From positions 32,001 through 96,000 of IMG/VR virus record IMGVR_UViG_3300020577_006271: a DNA stretch of 64,000 nucleotides, one strand, 5' to 3'. Below the pieces are notes generated by a model. That model was not told the DNA's origin. It did no database searches and was given only the letters and a program-made list of their open reading frames with translations. Each line of letters starts with the position of its first letter. The stretch's first letter is position 1. Both the position numbers and the translations under genes were made by a program. Source of the DNA: a virus (Duplodnaviria; Caudoviricetes). This document shows positions 28,601 through 38,560 of the stretch, piece after piece.

Positions 28601-30508
28601 TTAAAAATTAGTCAATAACCATTCGAATTTAGGCTGTCTAGATTTTGAAAAATGTGAAGGATTGGTTTGGATTCTATATTCAGTGTTAAAATCCAAAAAG
28701 ATACCCTGTAAATTAATGGGAACATTCAATGCTAAATTATTTATAAGTTTTATTTTGCCGCAAAACCTATCAGTCCATTCTTCCATATTGGAATATGTAA
28801 TGGCATTTGAATATGTTTCTAAATTATAATAAGGAATACTGGTAAATGCTAAATCGTAATCAAAGCTAACATGAAAATCTTCTAATTTACAATTATGAAT
28901 ATAAACATTTGCCATATCTTTTGATAATTCTAATAACTCATTATAAGTTTCGATATTGGGCTCTATTCCAATATATGTACCACTTGGATAAATCGATTTA
29001 AACCCTATTAACCGACCACCAAATCCAGCACATGGATCAAATACAATTGGAGATACTTTGTTTCCCAAAAAATATTTATAAATAGATGCTGCCAACACTG
29101 GTTTAAAAAATGAAATAGTATATCGATTTGCTGATATACCTCTTAATAGTTGATGTTGACTGAAATCAAATGTTTCTTTCGTTTTATTGTCTCCAATACG
29201 ATATTTAATAATTTCGTACATTTTATCATCGTCATTCCATACATCCATTGGAGACATCTTTCCTCTATAGGATGATTTCCAATACGAATTGCTTTTAGAT
29301 TTAATTAATTCTACACCCAGATTGCTGCAATTATTATTAAACACATTATCCGATGGCATATTAATCTTTTTCGGTATTATATTTAATACTGTTTCAAGTG
29401 TTTCCGTTGTAACTATTTTAGGGAATTTAGTTTCGAATGTTCTAATCAATTTCAAAATTAAAAACGGTATCTTCTTATATTGTGGGGTATCTGTTTCACG
29501 TAAATGAATTAAATAATCCTTTTGAAGCAACACTTCTTTATATGCTGGCAATGAAATTGGATATTTAAATACTTCATTATTTTTAAGTATGGTATTGATA
29601 TCGTAATGATCTGGTATATTGTCTTCTCTAATTCGTATTATTTCTGGAATGTTAATATTTTTCTTTCTATCATTAATTGCCGACTGCAATAATTGTGCAT
29701 TCATATTAATTAAACTTAACGGATGCCAATATGTTCCATCAATTTCTATAAAATGGATTCCATCTATGCAAAAATCAATTACCCCATACTTGGTATTAAC
29801 TTGTGTTTTATATTTAATACAAGCCGACTCTAATAAGGCCTTAAATTTTAACTCTGGTTTTGTGAATTTTCCTTTAATTTTAGACATCCTACTAATTGAT
29901 TTGGCAGACATAATTTCTTTACTCGTTTGTTTATGTCTCCTACCGGACATCCCATTTGGGGCATGGCCTAAAATATAGTTTGTTCTATATGGTGGTCTAG
30001 GTGTAATTTTCATGTCATTGCCACAACCACATTTGCATTTAGGATAAACCCCAGAAAATATATATTCCAAAGCATATTGTTGCATCGGCACGTTGTGACT
30101 AACTCTAATATGATGTGCCAGTTGAATATGGTTTGAAAATTTAGTTTCATTACATATATAACATTTAAATTTGTCAGTTGATCTTAAATTATAGGATATT
30201 TTTGACGGTCGATATTCTGCATAGTGTTTAGCATATTCATCTGGCGATAAATCATGTTCGTCACGAAGATGTACAAACATTCCAACGGTTGAATATTCAT
30301 TATTGCAAATTTCACAAACAGTTCTTGACAAATTTCGTGTTGATGCATGTTTAATCTTTCTAAATTCGCCATACAAACTAACATATTCATTTATTAATAT
30401 TTCCTTATGTGCATGTTTAATGTGTGAAGACATTGAATATGCAGAACATTGTTTTTTACATATTGCGCACTCAATTGACTTAGGTTTGTTTTTTATGTTT
30501 CGTTTCAT
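28601..30508 (-). CDS. C2H2 zinc fingers + NUMOD3 + Vsr/DUF559-like endonuclease + DNA amino-methyltransferase fusion
   Basis: Three CxxC..HxxxxH fingers, CKCGCG, GRRHKQTSKEIMS, TKPE..IDF..IEIDGTYWH, FDPCAGFGGRLIG, FTSIPYYNLETY; start moved to ATG 30508. Confidence 0.8.
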   Translation of the reverse strand: MKRNIKNKPKSIECAICKKQCSAYSMSSHIKHAHKEILINEYVSLYGEFRKIKHASTRNLSRTVCEICNNEYSTVGMFVHLRDEHDLSPDEYAKHYAEYRPSKISYNLRSTDKFKCYICNETKFSNHIQLAHHIRVSHNVPMQQYALEYIFSGVYPKCKCGCGNDMKITPRPPYRTNYILGHAPNGMSGRRHKQTSKEIMSAKSISRMSKIKGKFTKPELKFKALLESACIKYKTQVNTKYGVIDFCIDGIHFIEIDGTYWHPLSLINMNAQLLQSAINDRKKNINIPEIIRIREDNIPDHYDINTILKNNEVFKYPISLPAYKEVLLQKDYLIHLRETDTPQYKKIPFLILKLIRTFETKFPKIVTTETLETVLNIIPKKINMPSDNVFNNNCSNLGVELIKSKSNSYWKSSYRGKMSPMDVWNDDDKMYEIIKYRIGDNKTKETFDFSQHQLLRGISANRYTISFFKPVLAASIYKYFLGNKVSPIVFDPCAGFGGRLIGFKSIYPSGTYIGIEPNIETYNELLELSKDMANVYIHNCKLEDFHVSFDYDLAFTSIPYYNLETYSNAITYSNMEEWTDRFCGKIKLINNLALNVPINLQGIFLDFNTEYRIQTNPSHFSKSRQPKFEWLLTNF

Positions 30509-30512
30509 AATA

Positions 30513-30544
30513 TAAATATACAAAAAATATTTCATTTATCCAAA
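30513..30544 (-). promoter_or_regulatory. Bacteroidota-type promoter directly abutting ATG
   Basis: TTTG-N20-TATATTTA, 4 nt before ATG. Confidence 0.65.
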
Positions 30545-30554
30545 TTTCAGTCAA

Positions 30555-30587
30555 TAAAAAAGCCTAATAAAATTAATTATTAGGCTT
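30555..30587 (-). terminator. intrinsic terminator after the major capsid gene
   Basis: AAGCCTAATAA/TTATTAGGCTT 11-bp stem with T-tract. Confidence 0.8.
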
Positions 30588-30613
30588 AATGTGTTTATAA
30601 TCAGTTAGTTATC

Positions 30614-32251
30614 TTAAATTGTATTAACACCTTCAATAAAGATCTTTCCATAAAATTCAGGTCGTAACATTTTCTTAGCGTATCTAGTAGATATCGCCTT
30701 TCTTGGCACGAAGTTAATTGGATCCAAAATGGTTGGTGTTGTCATCAATGGAATATAAGGACTGTAAACAGCTCCACATTCTAAGTATGATCCACCTCTG
30801 TAACCCATTAAGATTGAATTTTCAGTCATATACGGAACTTTGTAAACATCCCATCTATTAGAAATTGTACCTACTGCGCTTGGTCCCATTCCAAATTTAC
30901 CCTTAGTTCCATCAGTTGATGCTGCGTAACCTGGAATAGATTCAAGAATAGTTGCAATAGTAGGAGAAACCACCATGAAATTGGCACCGTCAGACATTGT
31001 CAATCTTCCGATTTCATTACTCATTTTTTGAATAGTTGTACCTAATGTTTGGAACCAACTTCCCTGTGTATATGCTGCAACATTACTTGGTGTTTGCACA
31101 AAACTGTTACTAGCTTTATCATATGCAAATCCTAATCTAGCAGACCAGTGACCTGTAGATTGTGCGTTATTGTACAACATGTCTATCAATTCTAAATCGA
31201 TTTCTTTAGTAATATAATCACCAAGCAATGCAGTCATTTCTGCTTCAACATCAATTGAATGGTAAGCGTTAATGTCTTGTTCAAATTCTGTAGTCCATAC
31301 CGCTTTCAATTTTCTAGTCACCGCACTAATTGATTCAGATTTAAGTGACAAGTCTAAAGTTGGAATATCCAACGGAGCATTAGCTGGTAAGTTTGCCTCG
31401 AAGTCACCTCTTGTGATGTCAGTAGTTTCTTTATGATATGAAACGATTACTGCAGCAGCTGCGGCAAATGTTATTGCTGTTTGAGAATCTTCAAGTAACG
31501 CAATCCAATGTATATTCGTTCTGTCGGCATTAGTTCTAGTATATCCCGCCAAATGTGCTTTAATCTGAGTTCCAGCGGTATCAGTGACTGTAAATCCTCT
31601 GACTCCATGTAAATCCGGACTGGTTAATGCCGAAACCGGAGTTGTGAATTTTACTACTCTTCCTGCTGCTATTGCGTCAGTCAGTACTGCAATCCTTTCA
31701 CTGTCGAAATTCAAGTCTGCAGGTGCTGTTGCTGGAGTTACTGCTGTTATGGTTGCTGCGACTGTATTGGCAGACACGTCATTAAGTGTATATCCAAATC
31801 TACCTGGACCATATAAACCACCGGTTGCTACTTCCGCTCCGCGTCTGGCATCAGTGACACCATATAAAGAGTCTTCTTGTGAGCCTTGCTGTGACCCAGT
31901 TGTAAATCCAGGTTGTCCACTTGCGTATTTATGGTCATACCAGAATACCAATCCAGTTGGCATTGACATACTTTGTGTTGACAAGAAATCTTTTGCTGAT
32001 ATTGATGAAAATATTCTTCTTACCAATGGTAACGCAATGCCGTTCCATTCTTCAGAGCCAGCTTGAGTTGAGTTCATGTTTGCCTCACGCAACAATTGGT
32101 GTGCCTGATTTTCTAATAATTGAGCGACGTTATTTGCTTGAGTTTCATCCAACCCTTCTAGCAAACCAACTCTACCCCATTTTGCAACATTTGCAGCTAC
32201 TTCTTCTTTTCTTTTGTTGCTATTGTTGGTCATTAATGATTTTAAGTTCAT
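30614..32251 (-). CDS. major capsid protein (T4 gp23-like)
   Basis: KW..LLEG..LLENQ, LPLVRR, TRKLKAVWT, EIDLE, YSPYIPL, TRYA. Confidence 0.95.
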   Translation of the reverse strand: MNLKSLMTNNSNKRKEEVAANVAKWGRVGLLEGLDETQANNVAQLLENQAHQLLREANMNSTQAGSEEWNGIALPLVRRIFSSISAKDFLSTQSMSMPTGLVFWYDHKYASGQPGFTTGSQQGSQEDSLYGVTDARRGAEVATGGLYGPGRFGYTLNDVSANTVAATITAVTPATAPADLNFDSERIAVLTDAIAAGRVVKFTTPVSALTSPDLHGVRGFTVTDTAGTQIKAHLAGYTRTNADRTNIHWIALLEDSQTAITFAAAAAVIVSYHKETTDITRGDFEANLPANAPLDIPTLDLSLKSESISAVTRKLKAVWTTEFEQDINAYHSIDVEAEMTALLGDYITKEIDLELIDMLYNNAQSTGHWSARLGFAYDKASNSFVQTPSNVAAYTQGSWFQTLGTTIQKMSNEIGRLTMSDGANFMVVSPTIATILESIPGYAASTDGTKGKFGMGPSAVGTISNRWDVYKVPYMTENSILMGYRGGSYLECGAVYSPYIPLMTTPTILDPINFVPRKAISTRYAKKMLRPEFYGKIFIEGVNTI

Positions 32252-32270
32252 TTTATTTTTCCTTATTTTT

Positions 32271-33125
32271 TTAAATAATTCCCGCTAACTTTTGTAAACG
32301 GTTTCCCGCAACAATTGGTTGGGTTGTTTTCGTAATCGTTCTACTTGCAGAAGCATTTTCTTTTAATGCCTTCAAACCAGTTGTCTCCTTATATGATTCA
32401 GTAAGAGTTGTATAAATCAATTTTGCTTCTTTAATAGTACTTGCTCTATCAAATGCCGATAACATTTTTGTTTGTTGATTTTCACTAAGTTTGAATTTTC
32501 TGTTTAGATTGGTATAATATACCAATTTGGTGTTCAACAATGTTGTCTCAGTCAATCCAGTTCTTAAAATTTTTATTGCCTTGATAGCTTCTGCCAATTT
32601 TAAGTTAGTCTTGTGTAAATCTGATTTCAAATTACGGTTTTCTTTTCGTAATTTATAAGATTCGGCCATTTCTGGTTCATCTTCTGCCATTTCTTCATCT
32701 TCCATTTCTCGTAAAATTTCGTCCAACTCGTCGTCAGTTACTGCTACGTCATCAGTTCCATAATCAGCTGCTAATGGATCAACTGGAGCCGCTGCTACTG
32801 GTGCTGCAGGAGCTACTGGAGCTACTGGTGCAGGTGCTGCTAACGGATCTTCTTCTTCTCCATCTAATTCACGTAGAATTGATTCTAATTCAAGGTCATC
32901 AGTGTCTTCAAATTCAGTGTCTTCAAATTCGTTTTCTGTAACTGTTTCATCTGACATAATGTCATCATTTTCTAAAACTTCATCTTCAGCTTCTTCAGCC
33001 AATTTGCTAGAAATCATTCTTCGCAATGGAGCTTCAAAAGATTCTTCAAGAATTGTTTTTGCATTGGCGATAGCTGCTTTTTGAACTGCCCTAGCGTCTG
33101 CAATTGCTTCGTTTAATAAACTCAT
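32271..33125 (-). CDS. prohead core/scaffold protein (gp22-like)
   Basis: MSLLNEAIADA..ANAK, acidic middle, LNTKL, RLQKLAGI; directly upstream of MCP. Confidence 0.85.
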   Translation of the reverse strand: MSLLNEAIADARAVQKAAIANAKTILEESFEAPLRRMISSKLAEEAEDEVLENDDIMSDETVTENEFEDTEFEDTDDLELESILRELDGEEEDPLAAPAPVAPVAPAAPVAAAPVDPLAADYGTDDVAVTDDELDEILREMEDEEMAEDEPEMAESYKLRKENRNLKSDLHKTNLKLAEAIKAIKILRTGLTETTLLNTKLVYYTNLNRKFKLSENQQTKMLSAFDRASTIKEAKLIYTTLTESYKETTGLKALKENASASRTITKTTQPIVAGNRLQKLAGII

Positions 33126-33252
33126 TGTTATTCCTTTCGTAATACCTAAGTCTAATGGAGATGTGACTTAATAAGGATTGTATTTGTGATTGATCCGTTA
33201 TTCAAAACTGGATATTATTTATATATAGTTACAATTAATATAAAACAGTTGT

Positions 33253-34512
33253 TTAAAAATCAGTTTCGATATAAATTTTTGCAATTTCTAAATTATCGGC
33301 AGCAGCCACAGCTCCATTTCTTACTTCTGCTTTAAATGCCATTCCACCATTTGCGGCTGGAACATCGGTGTTATAACTTGTATCTAAAATAGTTGTATTA
33401 CTGTGCAGGTTTGTTATTTTAACATACAAAATTCCAGAATTTGGAGCCATAAACATAATAAGATCATAACCATGCGTTGTATTTCTAGCGGCGCCAATAC
33501 CTAAATCTACCTTGGTGGCGGTTCCCGAACCGTCATTACGCATAAAAAACCAATTGGTTAAAGATGCATCCGTTGAGTCATAACCCATGCCACACATATT
33601 ATACAATGCAGATGGTTCTCCAGCTAATGCAGTTGTAGAAGCACACAATCCTACAAATTTTTGGCCACCATTGAGGTTTATGTTCATTCCAAGTTGAGCC
33701 CTAAAAAAGAAACCACCAAACCCAGCAGCATTTCCTCTAAAATATTGAGCATAATTTGTTCGCATTCCTGATGTATTTCCAGCTGTCGTACTCGTCTGAA
33801 ATCTTTTTCTATATGTTGCTTGCCATCGGTTTGCTGATGCTATTGTTATTTGTGAAGACATTGTTGCTGCCGTTGTGAGTGTTCCGCCAATTATAATTGG
33901 GGCAGCCGTACCACTCGTTGGTGTGATTAGCATCACTGCGTTGCCATGTAATCCAACTTGTAATGCAGTGACTATTCCAGTTGGACCAATTATATTCGGA
34001 AGGATCCGGTTTGCAAACGATGCCCCATAAAGGATAATTCCATCGGAAGATGGAGGTGATGGGTCGGTAGTTGTAAGTAATTTTAGGTTATCTCCTTCGA
34101 TATTCACCTTACTTGCCCCAGCAAATGAACCTGCGTTGTTATATTGAACTTGATTAGATGATCCACCAGGACTTCCTCCACCAGGAGGCGCATGCCATAC
34201 CCCATCGCCACGTAAAAACCGATCAGAAGCACCATTAGGTGGCGGTACCAAACCCTTATTCGTGTCTGTGAATAAATTTAATAGTGATGTCACTTCCGTG
34301 AATGTAAGATCTTCCGGATTGCCGGTACCTGATGTCTTTCTACCTTTTAAAGTAGATGTAGGTACATCAGCCAATTTATTATTATCAACCGCATTATCTG
34401 CTATTGTTAATACGTCTGCCCCTGTGACATCGCCAGTATGGGTAGCGTTTGTGCCAGATTCAGCTGTAATACTACCTAAAACAACTACATCGGTATTGAA
34501 TGTTTGTGCCAT
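33253..34512 (-). CDS. fibre-like virion protein with C-terminal beta-rich domain
   Basis: NATHTGDVTG, GLVPPP..FLRGDGVW, GSSNQVQYNNAGSFAG fibre motifs. Confidence 0.65.
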   Translation of the reverse strand: MAQTFNTDVVVLGSITAESGTNATHTGDVTGADVLTIADNAVDNNKLADVPTSTLKGRKTSGTGNPEDLTFTEVTSLLNLFTDTNKGLVPPPNGASDRFLRGDGVWHAPPGGGSPGGSSNQVQYNNAGSFAGASKVNIEGDNLKLLTTTDPSPPSSDGIILYGASFANRILPNIIGPTGIVTALQVGLHGNAVMLITPTSGTAAPIIIGGTLTTAATMSSQITIASANRWQATYRKRFQTSTTAGNTSGMRTNYAQYFRGNAAGFGGFFFRAQLGMNINLNGGQKFVGLCASTTALAGEPSALYNMCGMGYDSTDASLTNWFFMRNDGSGTATKVDLGIGAARNTTHGYDLIMFMAPNSGILYVKITNLHSNTTILDTSYNTDVPAANGGMAFKAEVRNGAVAAADNLEIAKIYIETDF

Positions 34513-34525
34513 GAAATATTTAAGT

Positions 34526-36154
34526 TTATCCTATAATTACAACGGTATATTGATTTGTGGTTGGGGCTACATTGAATTTAAACCTAGTCTGGGTAGTACT
34601 TAGGCATTCAATATCACACTCAACTTGTGCATATGGTGACCCTGTTTGATATATTTGCGTATTGTTAAATTGTTTTCCAATATTATGAGTGACGGTAATT
34701 GTGGTATTGGTACCATCACCAATAGCAGTTGTATATTTCACCGTTGACGTCAAGCCACCAGTTATACCCAAATATGTATTTAATTTAGCCGGAGTGATAA
34801 ATAATTTTGCTCCAGATCCACCTGTGCTAGCACCACTCGTTAACTCTGCAGAAGTAGCTTCTTCAACTAAACCTGAATCTGTCTCCGATGCCATAACTAT
34901 ATCAGGAATGTTTTTGTTAACAATAGTCCAATGAGTTAATAAAGTTGGTGAATCTTGTTTAGCAGTAATCATGTCACCAACTTGCACAGACTCAGAAAAG
35001 AAATCTCCTGCCACCGTAACAATATAAGTCCATCCATTCTTTATTCCTCCAATTGGAGTAGAATCCAAATTTGGAGAGTTGGTGGATGCGTCATATCCAC
35101 CTTTATTGATAAATCCACCAACAACTAGATTATCAGCGTATGTTTTTATTTCATCGATAGCTGTCTGAACATTCGTGGCAGTTAATCCGGAACTTATATT
35201 ATTAAATGGAACGTCAGCAGCCAATTGATCTGCGGTAGCTCCAGTTTCGATTCCATCTAATTTTGTTTTGTCGGATGCCGTCATTACTCCGGCCAATGAT
35301 GCCGTAGCGGCAGTCAACGATGCTGCTGAACCTGTAGACGAATTTATTGGGACCGTTGTTGATGTACGGGTTCCTTCTGATAAGTTAGTAGCTACATGTG
35401 GAGCCGTATTGGTAATTGTCAATGTTCCTGAAGTTGTTACCGGAGATCCAGTAACGGAAATTCCAGTTCCTGCTGTGGCAGCTACCGAAGTAACGGTTCC
35501 TGTATTAGCTGTTGCTCCGTCTGCAACATTTAACATTGCTCGAACTTGCGCAGGGGTTAAATCGGATGTAGATCCAGATCCAGCTGCATTACGACCTTTA
35601 ATAGTATTGGTTGCTACGTCAGCTAATTTAGCGTTGGTGACAACGCCTGCTGCGATCGTCAAGTTACTGGATCCAGTTACTTCTCCAGTATGGGTTGCAT
35701 TTGGAGCTGTATTAGTGATTGTAACTGTTCCCGAATTTGTTATTGGAGATCCAGTAACGGAAATTCCAGTTCCGCTATCAACTGAAACTGATGTTACTGT
35801 ACCTAAATTAGCAGTTGCGCCAGCAGCTATACCATCTAATTTTGTTTTGTCTGCTGCTGACATTACTCCAGCGGCTGACGTTGTTGCTGATGTAAGTGTA
35901 GCATCAGTTCCTGTCGAAGATATAACCGTTACCGTAGTGGCGTCTGCCGAGAAAGATAAATTACATTCTCCAGCACCCTGGTTACCTAAATTTAACCAGC
36001 TGGTACCGTTAAACCCATAGAAGGTTTGATCCGTACTGGAATAATAAATTTGTCCTGCTGTAGGACTTGTTGGCGCAGTTGTTAAAACTTGAATTACCGC
36101 ATTTAATAACTGAAATTTATTTAAGTTGATATCAACTAAGAAATTCTTTGACAT
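34526..36154 (-). CDS. fibre-like virion protein with internal repeats
   Basis: Two copies of AGVMxAxDKTKLDGI, two copies of GTVTSV..GTGISVTGSP..TITNTAP, C-terminal IGDG..ITVTHN. Confidence 0.7.
   Translation of the reverse strand: MSKNFLVDINLNKFQLLNAVIQVLTTAPTSPTAGQIYYSSTDQTFYGFNGTSWLNLGNQGAGECNLSFSADATTVTVISSTGTDATLTSATTSAAGVMSAADKTKLDGIAAGATANLGTVTSVSVDSGTGISVTGSPITNSGTVTITNTAPNATHTGEVTGSSNLTIAAGVVTNAKLADVATNTIKGRNAAGSGSTSDLTPAQVRAMLNVADGATANTGTVTSVAATAGTGISVTGSPVTTSGTLTITNTAPHVATNLSEGTRTSTTVPINSSTGSAASLTAATASLAGVMTASDKTKLDGIETGATADQLAADVPFNNISSGLTATNVQTAIDEIKTYADNLVVGGFINKGGYDASTNSPNLDSTPIGGIKNGWTYIVTVAGDFFSESVQVGDMITAKQDSPTLLTHWTIVNKNIPDIVMASETDSGLVEEATSAELTSGASTGGSGAKLFITPAKLNTYLGITGGLTSTVKYTTAIGDGTNTTITVTHNIGKQFNNTQIYQTGSPYAQVECDIECLSTTQTRFKFNVAPTTNQYTVVIIG
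35442..35773. repeat. 29-bp identical intragenic repeat (35442-35470, 35745-35773)
   Basis: ggagatccagtaacggaaattccagttcc occurs twice. Confidence 0.85.
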
Positions 36155-36195
36155 ATTAATCCTTTAAAATATATTAAAATATATAGTTTTAAATC

Positions 36196-36537
36196 TTAGT
36201 TTAACGTTGCTGTGCCAGAGAATGCAGCACTAAAATTTAATTGAACTGTATTAGAATTTAAATATTGTATGTCTCCAATTATTTCAGATCCAGATGAATC
36301 TAATACATTGACACTTGGATACTTACCAAGATTGTGCTCTATTGTCCATACCTGTGCAGGAATATTCTGTTCGTGAAAATAATTTAAATCCGGGGACATA
36401 TTCATAGCTAATAACTCGGATGCATCATTACTGCTCATGAATAAATCAAACCCGGTGCCTGACTTAATAAAATACGCAGTATTTGAATCTAGATTGTTGG
36501 GCACCGCCAACTCTTTACTAATTTTTATTTTTGTCAT
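36196..36537 (-). CDS. fibre-associated virion protein
   Basis: WTIEHNLGKYPSVNVLD..FSAAFSGTATLN. Confidence 0.6.
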   Translation of the reverse strand: MTKIKISKELAVPNNLDSNTAYFIKSGTGFDLFMSSNDASELLAMNMSPDLNYFHEQNIPAQVWTIEHNLGKYPSVNVLDSSGSEIIGDIQYLNSNTVQLNFSAAFSGTATLN

Positions 36538-36753
36538 TTACCAAGCTGTGTTAATTGTTTCTATATAATTTGCCTCGATGCTATTTAACCGCGTTTCCAC
36601 CATTGGATTTTCTCCAATATATATCACATGATTCTCACCAACTAAAATATTCGCATTTTTTGTTTTAGATGTAAATTGAATGTGGCTTGATCCACTTGTC
36701 GTTATAACATTTAATTTCATCTTGGGAGTTGCTGTGGAAATGGTGTATTTCAT
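36538..36753 (-). CDS. hypothetical protein
   Basis: 71 aa ORF in operon. Confidence 0.55.
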   Translation of the reverse strand: MKYTISTATPKMKLNVITTSGSSHIQFTSKTKNANILVGENHVIYIGENPMVETRLNSIEANYIETINTAW

Positions 36754-37055
36754 GTAACATAAATATTTAAATTAATCTTCAAACGAGTGCCTGCTATATT
36801 AGATTCACTAGATAGAACGCCGGTGTGATGTCCAGATCCTAATAGGGTTGTGTCTATTGTCCACACCAAATCTTTCCCTGAAATATCTAATCCACTACCA
36901 ACCTGATATATAAATTCTCCGGAATTGACATTCAATGTATAATTGGTATCAATTAATAATCCATCAATGTTAATAGTTAACGCCGTGAATTCCTGGTCGA
37001 CATACCAATCAATAACTGCCAACTGTCTATCATCGATTTCAATTACATTACTCAT
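36750..37055 (-). CDS. hypothetical beta-rich virion protein
   Basis: 101 aa ORF in operon. Confidence 0.55.
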   Translation of the reverse strand: MSNVIEIDDRQLAVIDWYVDQEFTALTINIDGLLIDTNYTLNVNSGEFIYQVGSGLDISGKDLVWTIDTTLLGSGHHTGVLSSESNIAGTRLKINLNIYVT

Positions 37056-37459
37056 AAATCGTAATAGTTTTGTAATGTTTTCCCGATATCTTCATAAGCA
37101 GCGGTCAATCTTTGATTAATTTGAGCAGCTTCTATGATAGTCTTTTCAAAAACTTTAAAAGCCTCTTTCATTTGTTTCATATGTCGAGAAACAGTTATAT
37201 CGTCAAACCAACCATCAGTCTCTGTATGGGTTACTTCTTCAGCTGAATCTACAACATATCTAATAAATTCCAGGGCTGTTTTGTATTCGCCTATATTTTG
37301 TTTAAATAATGCTGAGTAAGCTTGGTATTTTCCAAGTGAATTTAGAAACTCCTGTTTGTCCACAGTGGCAACATTTTCACCAGCTGTTTGATTTGACGTG
37401 TCAAAGACGTCTTCTGTTAAGAGATCATTTAGCAAGTGTGTTAATTTATGTCTTTTCAT
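37052..37459 (-). CDS. putative prohead core protein
   Basis: LLNDLLTE leader-like site; GWFDDITVSRHMK..YEDIG..L..YY. Confidence 0.55.
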   Translation of the reverse strand: MKRHKLTHLLNDLLTEDVFDTSNQTAGENVATVDKQEFLNSLGKYQAYSALFKQNIGEYKTALEFIRYVVDSAEEVTHTETDGWFDDITVSRHMKQMKEAFKVFEKTIIEAAQINQRLTAAYEDIGKTLQNYYDL

Positions 37460-37480
37460 TTTTCTCTCTTTAGAATTGAT

Positions 37481-38557
37481 TTAATAACGTTCATAACCAT
37501 TACTAATTTCATTTTTAATTATATCATAAGCGTATGATGTGTATTCTTCCAAATCCACTGTTTTTAATAATCTAGAATCTAATCCTAATAATGTTGAAAA
37601 ATCATAATAATTTCTCATTTTAGGAATGTCTTTTACCTTCCATCCATAATCAGACATATTATCTTTAATTTTTTCAATATTTTCATAAATGTAATCTTCT
37701 AAATCATTTATATGAAAATATTCATTTCCATCTGGATCAGTAGCTTCTTTTAATCTTCGTTTAGGTTTGATTGATTCATCTAGATCAAGTTCACGCTTGG
37801 CAGATTCAATCGCTGCATTATAATATAACCTCGTACCTTCATCTGATGTTGAATTTAAAGCCTTAGACAATTGTGCAATATCGTCATTTCCATCAAAATT
37901 AAATCTTTGAAGTGAATTAACATTTACCCTAAAAAAATCGGCTAACTGATTTGATGCATAATCTTTAACAGTTTTGAAGTAATCGTATTTGGATTCGTTT
38001 AATCTTCGTTTAGTTTTAATTGATTCCTTTAAAAATTTCTTAGCATATTCAGGTAAACGAATTGTTTTTTCAAACCATTTGTTTCCATGTTCTGAAGCTA
38101 ATATGTCGTAAACCAAATCCATCTTCGGCGTACCTTTATCCATTGAATCTATACGGTGATATGATTTTGCAATACTCAATAATCTAGATTTATCTAATGA
38201 TTTTAAATACATGAAATAAGCCTTTGCAGTAGGAGATGTAATACTATTGTCTTTAGCTTCGTTTAATTTCTTAGCTATTACACGTTTTACTATTCTTTCT
38301 ATTAATGTTTTCACTTTTGACTTTTTCGATTCGTTTAAATCTTCTATTTCAAAGTGATATCTTTCAAAAGAATTCATAATCTCTTTATCAATTGCACGTT
38401 CGTTCATATCTGCATCTTCTTGATTATTGCAATCAAACGATAGTTGTCTATATCTATAGTTTTTTTCATCTGGATAAAAGTCAGAAAAATTTTCAAAATG
38501 ATCTACTGCTTTTTCAAATTCATCATTTGATCCGAATATCAAATTTAATCTTACCAT
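37481..38557 (-). CDS. putative internal head polyprotein with repeated protease-site linkers
   Basis: DLNES, KKLNEA, FLKESIKTKRRLNES, LDESIKPKRRLKEA; immediately downstream of the protease gene. Confidence 0.65.
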   Translation of the reverse strand: MVRLNLIFGSNDEFEKAVDHFENFSDFYPDEKNYRYRQLSFDCNNQEDADMNERAIDKEIMNSFERYHFEIEDLNESKKSKVKTLIERIVKRVIAKKLNEAKDNSITSPTAKAYFMYLKSLDKSRLLSIAKSYHRIDSMDKGTPKMDLVYDILASEHGNKWFEKTIRLPEYAKKFLKESIKTKRRLNESKYDYFKTVKDYASNQLADFFRVNVNSLQRFNFDGNDDIAQLSKALNSTSDEGTRLYYNAAIESAKRELDLDESIKPKRRLKEATDPDGNEYFHINDLEDYIYENIEKIKDNMSDYGWKVKDIPKMRNYYDFSTLLGLDSRLLKTVDLEEYTSYAYDIIKNEISNGYERY

Positions 38558-38560
38558 GGT

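Noticed and set aside
32761-32850. Ala-Pro low-complexity repeat as a mobile or tandem DNA repeat
   Set aside because: Coding linker in the scaffold; noted only for its identity with the polyprotein linker
33141-33176. Hairpin in the scaffold-MCP 5' leader (TAAGTC/GACTTA)
   Set aside because: Only about 6 bp in AT-rich DNA; insufficient to call a regulatory RNA
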